64,000 bases of DNA from Gordius albopunctatus (taxonomy: Eukaryota): NCBI GenBank assembly GCA_964276515.1, contig OZ193909.1, positions 4,216,001 through 4,280,000 on the forward strand, read 5' to 3'. Both the position numbers and the translations under genes were made by a program. Below, piece by piece: positions 48,949-64,000 of the stretch. A model generated the notes under the pieces. That model was given only the letters and a program-made list of their open reading frames with translations, had not been told where the DNA came from and made no database searches. Each line of letters starts with the position of its first letter. Within the stretch, counting starts at the first letter, position 1.

Positions 48949-50583
48949 CAGAGACCAGATTGACCGGCAAGCTGACGCGGCCCGGGCAACTATACTAAAT
49001 TTTAATTTTCGGGCGGACCCGGGCGGGCACGATGATAGGATTCGGGCACTTCGGGCTTAATGAAATTTTTTAGATAGTGTATTATTTGGTTACTTTTTTA
49101 TTTGATTGTATATGAAAATGCTAAAAGAGTTAAGAAACTTGATTTCGCCATCCGTCCCCAAGTTTTTCTATAATTTTTGCCCGAACCACTCTATTTCCAT
49201 CAAGTCTCTAGCTACGTTCATGGAAAGGATGGAAATATTTATATTTATGTAGCCCTTTCAATGTTCGTAATTAACATGTGCCGTCTATACATTATACAAA
49301 AGCGTCATGCCCAAATTGACACAATGCATCCAAGTGTTAAATTTCATTCTAATATCATTTAATTTTTTGACAAATCTTATTTGTAACAAAGCTTCACCGA
49401 TTCGCCTTTATTATTCCCTGTCGTATCCGTATATATTCTTCCCCCATGCCCCCTGTCGTATATACATACTGATGTACACGTAGGATTATTTTGATCTTCA
49501 CGCTGTACAACATCTGTATTTCCTGTAAGGATTTTAATATCAATCATAGCCTAGTACCACTACTCCTTTACATTTAATTTCCAGTACGCGTGTGTTATTC
49601 CCTCCCCCACACGCGTATACGTGTTTATTAAACCGGTAAACAACGCCATATAGAGATAACATTTTTTATGTATTTTTACTTACACTCAGGAATTCTTAAA
49701 AAAAACTGTTTTGTTTGTTAGTAAAATAAATTGTTTTATAAGTCTACAAAATTCCCTTATCACTCGTTGCTATCGCTAAGCTATTACTGATTTTTACAAT
49801 AATAAATTTCTATACCTTTCTTTTTTTGCTTTAAATACTATTTATAAATTATTGTTTTTTTATTAAAAAAAATTAAGTTCCATGAGCACAGATTGACTAA
49901 TTGAACTGATTTTATTCATTAAGAAGTTTATTTATAGGGTAGGGGCTTAAACGGGTAAACCCAAAAGGGAAGTATACTCTTGTTTATTGTAAGATTATTT
50001 ATAAAATATGTATACTTTAAACTTAATTAAAAATTGCTGCAAAAATATTTTCATGGATATCGGCTGCATTTAATTAATATTTTGCTGTCATATGATTTGT
50101 AAACGATCTAACATGTTTGTACGTAAATGCATTAGCAATTAATATATTAAAATATTGTGACCTATAGCGGTTTTGCCAGTGATAACAATATTTTAAAGAA
50201 ACTCTGGCCAAATATTTTACAAGTACCAAATACTACGCTTTTTTGACCTATTAGGATTAAAATTAAAGATCAAATGTTTCTTGGAAAAATCATTCGACTT
50301 TTAAATAATATAGGAAATTAGATTTTGTCCGGGGTAATAAAATATTGCTATATTTGTTTTATTCAATATGCCATTAATTTGATGCTTATTTTTTAATAGT
50401 GGTTGAAAGAATTTGAGATCGCAAAACTTTGGGCCTAACAGGCAAATTTAATATTTCGGATCGGGCATTTCGGGCAGCTCTAATGTTTCGGACGGACACC
50501 TAGAAGGTTCGGGGGGGCAATGAGGTTAAGAAATTGAATCGGGCCGGGTTCGGGCATAAAATTCTAAACAAATCTGACCTCTG
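48949..50583. mobile_element. Non-autonomous hAT element with CGGGC subterminal repeats
   Basis: TIR CAGAGACCAGATT/AATCTGACCTCTG, perfect 8-bp TSD ATCAATAT; internal segment 49205-49270 shared with 19753-19840. Confidence 0.88.
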
Positions 50584-51115
50584 ATCAATATACCTCGTTC
50601 AGTATACCGTCATTATATTACATTAGATTGAAACAATCATTCTTCCTCACAATTAAGGGGGTTAACTTTTAACAACCATAGATGTTCTGAATCTAATCTG
50701 GTACTCCTATATATAGTTAAATCGATTACTATGATTTTAAAATTAACTATAGCATACTGATGAGCAGCTATATAACGAAAACGTTATACATGTCTTATTA
50801 TTGTTAAGTCATGAAAAATAAGTAGATATCTAACTAAATTATTTTTCAATTTAATATTGCTCCCAGATGGAATGGATTAAAACTAATATTTGATTTTACG
50901 GAAGCCCTCGCAAATCGGAGTTTCCTAATGACTTTTAACGTTTATACTACTATGAGGGAGGAATTTCCTTTGGCCACACGCCTTATTTCTGAACAAACAT
51001 TGGAATTTCGATTAAAATACAACATTTATTAGTGAGGACAACTCGTTAACAAAAGATTAAGTTATAATTGATAAAATGGTAATGTTCGTTAAAGTTCCTT
51101 GGGTACTGACAAAAA

Positions 51116-55160
<4,045 letters not shown>

Positions 55161-55345
55161 GATTTTGAAAAAAAACAGCTGTCAAAAATAATAGAATCAC
55201 AAGGTATAAGTATGTAAGGCATATTTATAATTCTAATATTCATTAAATATGTGTGTTAAGTTTGTTGCGTATTTCCTAAAAATTATTAGATGTATTTGAT
55301 AAAAAAAATTTTAAACTATAATTAAAATTTTAAGGAAATATTTTT

Positions 55346-55515
55346 TTCCTCTTCTTTATCAGTTATTTTGTCCTACAGTCGTAATAAGTTTCTTCCATCT
55401 TGACCTGGTGAGTACCATGTCTTAATGTTTTCATAACTTTATCGACTTGCTTTTTCTGCGTGACACGGGTTCGTCCTCTTGCCCTCTTCCCCAAATCCCC
55501 ATCTCCAGTACTTTA
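55346..55515 (-). mobile_element. RTE 3'-end fragment upstream of PSMC3
   Basis: tcataactttatcgacttgc..gtgacacggg..cgtcctctt matches the reverse complement of 15030-15190. Confidence 0.8.
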
Positions 55516-58500
55516 CATCTTTTAGAAAACACAAATTAAATTATCTCAACGTAACAAACCCTGAACAGTTTTGTTACTGATATGGATTTTTGTATATCCG
55601 GCCAATTGAGCTCCAGCCCTAGAGCTTGTATGTTGTTCTTTAAACTTGCACTTAATTCTTAAGGATCTTTTAAAATTTCAAAGTCACTTACTAATAGCAA
55701 GTGCTTCTTGTAAATCTGCTATCATAAATTTTAGGCTTAGTCAAACTGTTCATTGCTTGAACACATTTTGTTTAACTCAGTTTCTAGTAATATAAACAGT
55801 TCCTGTTATAAGCGCTTATAAAATAACTCAGTTTATGCTCGAGCAAAATACATACTCAGCCGTGCTCACGCCATAATTTTAACAAATCTACACAAAAAGC
55901 ATCAAAATTATCATTAAATATGACCACACTTTTCCAACGTGAAATTTTTTATGATACTAGAAATCTGCAACGTCCTGTTTTTAAGGTATTTGACACAATC
56001 TTTCTTAAACACCATAAATAAGATATGCAAAATATCGTGCATTTTATATAGCTATCTTGATTATCGTAATGTTGGACGGAAGGACAACAAAAAGCGAGCC
56101 CATGAATTGCATAGCAATTAATATTCCTTCGATAGAGAAATGCCAAAATTGCTTACCTAAAAATGTTTAAAAAAATTTTTTAAAGTCCGCCCGACCCCGT
56201 CTTTATTTACTTCAATGGATTATAGGCCCAATCCGCTGTCAAAATTGGCGCTTAGGCTAGCTTATGCGTTTAAAAGCAATCGTCCAGCAAGCGCAGAAGT
56301 CCCTGGGGTTCTCAAAAAGTTTTTAGCAATTTTAGCCAATTTTATATAATTATTTTGATTAAATAACCACCGATTCCATTTATCATCACATCAAACAGGA
56401 TGATGTAATTGTTGCGAAATTTAAAGATGCTTTTACTACTTCATAAAAACTCATTTTAAGTCTGTAAAAGAACTGCAAAGTCGTTTTTTTCAACCCGAGC
56501 TGATTCGACCCAATTTTAATTTTCAACCCAAACCCAATCAGAAAGCCTTTTAAAATTTTTAACTCGACCCTGCTAGACCCGAAATTTTTTTAACCGTATG
56601 GTATCCGACGCAAAAGTAATAAATATTGCGGTGTGTAAAATTTAATCGACGAGTTAATGTGCGATTTATTAAAACAATTAATACCATAGATTTTGAATAT
56701 ACTAAATTTATTTAAATTGTTTATTATAGAGATGTATAAATATGAATCTACAATACCGGGTTGCAATTAATTTTAAATATATAGTGTGGCATTAGGCCAA
56801 TGTTTAGTAATTTTTATTACCGTGGCAATGATTTGCCCTTTTTGATTTGTAAAATTAAAATTACCCTTGGATTAATTATTTAGATTTTATGATCTCGTTT
56901 GGTTGTTCAAGGCCTCGCGTTTACTAATAAATTATAGAATCACGATGATTGTTAATTTCGTTATTTGTTAGTTTATGGTTATCTTCGCTGTTTATTATTA
57001 TTGATGCGTCATCTTTGTTTACGCCTAATATGATTACCTCACCCATGATCTCCATAACTGTGTATTTATCATTATTGTCACCACTTCGCTGTTTATTATT
57101 ATTTGTGCGTTATCGTTATTTACGCCTAAGGTGATTACCTCATCACCATTATTATTGTTACTTTAAAAAAAAGAATTGTTAGTGGAAATAATAGAGAGAT
57201 AATAAATTTTGAAGTTAAATAAATTTATGCGAAATATGTAGTAGTACGAAAAATAAAGCTACTTAATATTCGCGGTAGTTCAAGAAAATAAATAGATTTA
57301 GTTAGAAATTAAATAAATATTTTAAAGCGTATTTTTATAAATAGGAAATATAGTTTTGCAAATGAATCATTCAATAAATTTAAACATACTTTTATTTTAA
57401 TTTATGAATATATATTTATATAGTTTAAATTAATAAGAAACTACCACTTCACGTTAATTAAATACATTTTAAAAATATTATTTTGTTGATATATTTTACC
57501 TTTCACAAGGCAAATTTAAATTTGCGTCCAAATTAAAACAATCTTAAATAAACAAAAGGAATTTAATTAACTGAATGAATGATCTTCAATTATATATTTC
57601 TATATTAATTAAAAATATTATACATAATAGCAAAAGATGTGTACCGTATATTTTGCAATGTAGATTCATAACCTTTCACCAAAATTTAAATAAAACCCGA
57701 CCGAAAGCAATTTAAAATTTTCATCCCGAACCCGATCAGACCCCAAGACATTTCAATGTAACCCGACCCGATTCGACGCGCCAGTCTCTAGCACTGTGTG
57801 TTTGTATTATATATTAATCTTAAATTATATAAATATGCAATTAAAAATTTCAAAAATGAATTACATGCCCAAATGGCCACTCATATTCTATTCAACAGGC
57901 CAAAATTATTAAAATTTTGACTTTACGCGTAAATTGGGTGTGTGAATTACCCATTAATTTAAACAAATATTTCAAATGTAAATCATAAAAATATACAATT
58001 AATTATTATATTTTTATGATTATAATGATGCTCAAAAAAGAATTTTTATCACCGTGATCTCGCTGGTAAAAGCTCGTATCGTCTCAAGGTCAAAATTATC
58101 CTCCTGATCTAGGCTTAATTTTAGATTTTTCTCGGATTTTTTTCATGAATATATACGACAGCATTTTTGCAGCATGCATATAATAAAACAAATCTCCGCT
58201 AATTTTATTTTAGAGCGTCTGTTTTTATAAATACGTTCAATCTAGACAAGGCCTTAACTCTATTGTGAGTGCCTTATTAGGGAAAACCATAAATACTTTG
58301 TAATAGATCTTACAGGCAAATAGATAGTATAAATTGACCGTCTCAATTATGTCCAACCTCTCACTTTATCTACCGGTATTGTATGAGTTATAAATAAGCT
58401 ATTAATGTATTATTTAACTAATAAAAGATAATATTTGAAAAGATTATACGTTGCACTTAAAAGGTGGCAAAAATGCAACTCTTATGTTACAAATAATTGA

Positions 58501-58649
58501 TTTTTTTTAAATAACACTACTTTTAAAAAATATTTAGCTGCAGCTGAAGGCCACTACTTATAACAAGACGTGGAGGTATTGACGTGCTATCCTTAGAGGT
58601 AGCATTGGCATTTTTGGAAATATAATTCAACACTTTAAGCAAGTAATAT

Positions 58650-58978
58650 CAGAGGTCTACATAAAAACAATTCTGCAATCGGACCTTCAATCTGGTAAAG
58701 AATTTTGCGCTGAACAAAAAACTGTTTTCAGTTTTATTTTCCAATATTTCCTTTTTTAATTAAACGAGGTTGAAGATTCAAAAAATGCCCATTCTAATCT
58801 TTTTGAGGCTATATTGCAATGGCAGAATGGGGATTTTTTGCATCTTCAACCTTTATCTAAAAAACTGAAAGTTTTGGAATGTAAAGCTAAGCGCAGATAA
58901 TTGCTGAACGCAAAATTCCCTATCAGAATTATTGATTTGATTGCGGGATGGAATCACAAGGTCAATATTAGACCTATG
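58650..58978. mobile_element. Palindromic MITE
   Basis: Ends CAGAGGTCTA/TAGACCTATG flanked by TAATAT on both sides, imperfect internal inverted symmetry; right arm matches 8088-8250 in reverse complement. Confidence 0.65.
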
Positions 58979-59671
58979 TAATATGGCTACCAGGTTAATA
59001 ACTAAACACTAAAAATAATAATTTAATATTTTTTTATATATTTTGTTTATGACGTATATGAAAATTAAGCGATATGAATTAAAAAGTGTCATATATAAAA
59101 TATCATTGCTGTCATTTAATACACGAGATGCAATTAATTAGCGAAAATAATATAATTAATATCTTCCTACAAAGGGCAGGCTGGTTACGGATTACTTCCA
59201 TCTTATCACTTCCTTAGACAAATATGCAATAAACAGATCGCAGAAATGCTAAAATAAAAATTGACATAGTTTATCCAATTTGACCTGTAATAATATATGA
59301 TAAAAAAATCTAAGCTTATATCAATGTTCCTATAATAAACTTGTAGCAACGCTAATTTATAATAAGCATTTTTGCATCACATTATTCATTTCCTATTTCC
59401 ATTGTTGGTGATAAGGCTTAAAAAATCATCGATTAATCTCAGAGTCAAATTGTTAGTCTTTAAACTAAGCTCTGCAGGCGGTACACAATATTAAAGTTAC
59501 GCATAAAGCTAGATAAAGAGTTGAAGCTAGTAGGTCTCTCAGTGCTGCGACTTAGCTTGATGCTATTGATGTCAAAAATGGCGCATCACAGGTATGAATG
59601 AATGTATACTCAGACGATATTTTAATACTATACAATCATATGGTAGCTGGTGAAAGAGAACGAGCATTTAA

Positions 59672-62600
59672 ATGAAGACAGATTCTAATCAAAAAGACGT
59701 GTTAGATGTCAAAAATTTTAATCGAATTTCTATATCAAATGCACAATACCCCATTGTTACTGATCTTAATATTGGTATGAATATTATTATATTATTGATC
59801 TTAACTATTTTTATAGCTCTAATTGATTTAAAATTTGAAAAAATAAATTATGATGAAGTGGCTATATTGTATACTGAATTGGAAAAGTCTCTATCAGAAA
59901 TTGTTAAATTAAAATCAAGGTATAAAGAAGATCTATCAAAATTTAGCATCACTGGAATAGTAAATAAATAATCTATTGTAAATATTTTAGTAGAAATCAA
60001 ACTGTGAAGATATTAGTAATCCATTAAACTCTAAAACAACCTTTGATGGAATGCATGTATGTACATATATTTGTATGATTTATTTTTTAAGGAAAATCTA
60101 TCTAATCCATCTTCCTCAAATATAAGTAGTAATAGTATTAGTTTAAATGGAACCTTGAAAAATAATTATGATCAGAAATCACTAAAAAAGACCTTTAGAC
60201 AACCATTAAATAAAAAAATTAAACGTGAAAAAATTGACACATACAAAAGTGATTATGAGAAACAAAAATTAGATATCCAGAAATTAAACCTTGAATATAA
60301 TATTGATGTACCAAATGAATTCTGGAAATTAGTTAACACATTTTTTGAGAATATTGATGATAGTCACATGAGTGAAATGACTAAATTATTGCCATCACCT
60401 CTGTCTAAAAACAAAAATGGTAATGATAAAGTTAATCTGTTGGAAGATATCCCAGCATTGGGAAAACGTCGATATTTGCAAAAATGCAATAGACATAGGA
60501 GAAAATTTAAAGGTAAAATAAACATTCATTTAATACTATAATGTATTGTAGTTTCTTGCCCTAAGTGTGAAATTGTTTTCCTTAATAAACCACAAATATT
60601 TCAATTGGAAAACTTCAAGGAAAACGACATGATAAAAATGCAAGATTCATTAATGGATCTTGATAAGTAAATATAATCTATTGTATTCTAATTTTTTAAC
60701 AAAATTTCTTACATAAAGTATTAATAGACACATATTACAACATTTTTTATAGTGAACACTTTGGGATAGAATCACCATTTAAATTATTGACTACACAAAT
60801 GGTTGACTCTCTTTTAAGAGATAATCTGAAGGAACTGGATGCAGTTAATCTTAAAGGTATTTGTTAATTATATGTAAAAATATTTACCTGATATGCTTTC
60901 TCCTAAAACTTGTTATTTGCCAACATTTTCTCATAATTTTTGTCTATAAGTACAACTTAGCTTCCTAACCACTTGAAATATTTATATATAACTCTGTGGG
61001 ATGACACCTAAAGACATCCTCTCATCTAGTGTTGTAAAAAGGGATGGGTTTTATTCGATCAACCTTTGGTTCAACCAAGACAAACGCTCGACTCTGGTCT
61101 CTTTTTTAAATTTAGGCTAGCCCCTGAGGTCGACTAAGAGAAGCAGACCAAAAAAACTTTGGCCTCTTGATGCTTATTCCACTTCTCCTACTATTATTTT
61201 TGGTGTAATCGTTTTATATAATTGGGGAAGAGAGACCACTACAGTCGAAACTTCTTAATCGTAAATCGGATTATCGCGAAATCTTTTAATCGCGAAGTTA
61301 ACCGCCATTTTGTTTTTTCCAAACGATAATATTAACAAAAACATCGTTTATTGAATCGCTTAATAGTACAATATCGGATATTCACAAACATTTTCGAGTC
61401 CTTAAATCAACCATAGAATTATATAAAATATAGTTTTATTGCGAAGCGTAAGAAATGAATATTTACTATATGTCTTTATATATTTAATATTTTCTCTTTT
61501 TCCATCGTTTAATCGCGAAAAAAAAATGAGGCCTAAGGCTTTGCAATTAAACGGTTTTGACTGTAGTACCACCCCCCCTCCCCCCAACAATAATAAATCG
61601 ATACGCAAACCAGCCGGCACTTGCAAAAAGCGAATGATGCTTTTTCGCTTCCCCATTACTAGTGGCTTAGCTAGACGGGTCAGAGAGGGCTATGGCAGGC
61701 CAGTGAGCATATGGGGCCACAATTTTGATTTTGAGCAGGCCTTGGGAATTTTCCGCTATTCAGGCTGTCTATGACCAGGCCTTTACTTGCTTTGTTTGGG
61801 GCTTTGACTCTACTGGGCCTAGCTAGGATTTTAATTAGTTGGAGACTTGGTTAGGTTTCTGCAATTTTATCTCGTAAGAACTGAGATCCGTTTTATCACT
61901 CAAGTCTGCTCCCATAAAATGTCCTAATGCGTGACACTTTAAATGATTTGCTTATAATTTAATATGTTTATTAGTATAAATTGGATTCACTCGCAGATTT
62001 ATTTCGAATTTTTTTCGTGTAAAGTTGGCGACGCGCTAAATCAGCTTAAAGCGCGTCATAATTTATTTTGTTTAAATACGCGGTGGTTCGCGCCTATTCA
62101 AGACACAACCTAGCTAGGTAATTTAGCTGCTTTAAAACTCGCGAAAAAAATGTTGTTGTGCATATATATACAGTCGCGAACTCTATTTTTTAACAAGTTC
62201 AATCATTATCTTCGTGCAATTATAAAAATTACGAACTATTGTGGTATCAAGACAAATTTGCAAACAAAAATAATGTTATTCAATAAACACTGAATAATTT
62301 ATGGATATGTAGGCCTCATCGTTTACACCTTCATTCGCTCAAAATGTAAATTGCTTCTTAATAATGCCAGTTGGAAAAAAATTGGTTACTTTCCTATATA
62401 GGATTAAGAGTTTTAAAGGCAGTCTACGCTGCGACGCAATTTGAAAATAAATTTATCTCACTCATGCCTGTGGAATTATATTGATCTTTTCACGTGCTCT
62501 CCTTCCCATCGCTGGCTCACATTTTTTGTGCTACTCCTTTTAAAACGATAGATTTGGAAGCGTGCCTTTCGGACAAAGCGCCACCCGAGGCACCCATGAT

Positions 62601-63569
62601 GACTGTAACCTCGCGACCTCCCTCCTGCCCCCCGCCCGATAGACTGAAGGGCCGAAATATCGATTCTCAAATTCCCGCCATAAGTACTTGCAATTATTGA
62701 ATATCGATTTGAATCCACATCGCCATCCTTCATCTTTTTATTTTATCATTTATATTACTTGCTTACTTTTATTAGATGAGAGTAAAATTGCATTGGTCGG
62801 GTCATCATTATTGAATGGAATGGGAAAGGTGCTTCTGATAACTTGGTTATAGCAAAAAATATCGTATTCTCAAACTTTGTAATGATAATACGATACGCTA
62901 ATCATGTATTGCTACCTCATTACAGAGTCTCCCCAAAACGACTGGGCATTTGACGACCCAACTTGACCGAGGGACTTTAAAAGACGAGCAGTTTCATCGA
63001 TTCGTAGAGTTTGGGTTATTTAATTAAATCTGCAAGCCTGCTGCATAGTATCACGTTTTAGAAGGGTGCAAAGGTTACAATTTTGCACGATTCCTCGGGT
63101 TTAGGTTGAACAATTATTCGATAAAAAATTTCAAAGAAAAAATAGTCATAATTATAATAATCTGTTAAGTTATATAATATTTATCGTTCTTAATTGTTAA
63201 TTAAGGGGGGGGGCTTGAGTTAAAGAGTTGGGATTGAATTGAAAATAGACGTGCAAGATGGACAATCGTAAAATGTGTTTGAAAAAATTGAAATAATCCC
63301 TCGTTTCACGATAAAACCAATAGTTTTTGTTAATTTTTTTTCTTACTTTAGGGTCGTTCCTGACACGGTGTAAAGAAAGGGCCGACAGCGACGACGAAGT
63401 CCTCCGAGAAATCGTCAGCTGTAGGGATCGCCTACAACTTTTGAGTGAAGAGCTAAGCCCTCCAACCCCTCTAGGCCCCTCCGAGGCAACCACTTTGCCC
63501 TTGCCCTTCCTCAAAGCTTACACCGAGTTTCAAAGTCTCAGTGCCGAGCTTGTGCAGTTGGATGAAGAA
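59672..63569 (+). CDS. TADA3: Probable transcriptional adaptor ADA3 (SAGA/ATAC HAT module), divergent; 3' end probably beyond the window
   Basis: Exons ~59672-59774, 59817-59959, 59994-60056, 60092-60512, 60552-60666, 60753-60856, 62552-62683, 62776-62828, 62926-~63008, ~63352-63569 (phase of the last junction unresolved). Collinear ADA3-like motifs: EVAILYTELEKSLS, DVPNEFWKLVNTFFENI, IPALGK, PFKLLTTQMVDSLLRDN, DSDDEVLREI, LVQLDEEV. Confidence 0.7.
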
Positions 63570-64000
63570 GTATATATTATATAAGCGCGTATTTAGAACT
63601 TTTGGTTTTGGGTATTTAACAGCGATTCTCCACTTTTACGTTAAATTATGAGTACTTGGCTTCTAAAAACATCATGAAATAAGAGAGAATTATGTGGGCA
63701 TAGCGAGCATTAAGATTAGGGGGGGGGGGGCAAGATAATAATTCATTTTTTAAATTTTTTTTATAAATTACAACAAATTTTTGGATTTAGAGGGGGCAGT
63801 CACCTCCCCCCCTGTCCCCCTTGGATACGCCCGTGTAGGATTATAACCAAATATAAAAATATATGGTTCGTCAAAAATGATTTTTTAATCTAATTATTAT
63901 TATTATAATTAAAGCGACTCCTAAAATTTGATTGTGGATATTAGATTGGGCAGATATAATTCTGTGATGTAAGTGAGATCCCTATGCTCAGGGTGTTTAG

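Overview
AT-rich, intron-rich eukaryotic (invertebrate animal-like) genomic DNA; the exact taxon cannot be fixed from sequence alone. Hand-assembled spliced genes: 3' part of sorting nexin SNX13 (+, to 9953), LIN9 (-), RNA polymerase III largest subunit POLR3A (+, 23384-45038), intronless mitochondrial EF-Ts TSFM (-), 26S proteasome ATPase PSMC3/Rpt5 (-) and a probable ADA3/TADA3 (+, running off the end). Introns and intergenic DNA hold many mobile elements: RTE-type and CRE-like non-LTR retrotransposons, a truncated LTR element, a decayed hAT transposase, several hAT-type MITE families with 8-bp TSDs, and Helitron/Helentron-like elements. Most notable: a U12-type AT-AC last intron in POLR3A, a GC-AG intron and a triplicated 3' splice site in SNX13, 33-50 nt introns restricted to gene 5' ends, a sharp 5' CpG-depleted zone in five genes, a CRE element nested in an RTE fragment, and exon-like WD40-type fragments between LIN9 and POLR3A. 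I found no convincing wholly new biological system. All exon coordinates and counts were read by hand.
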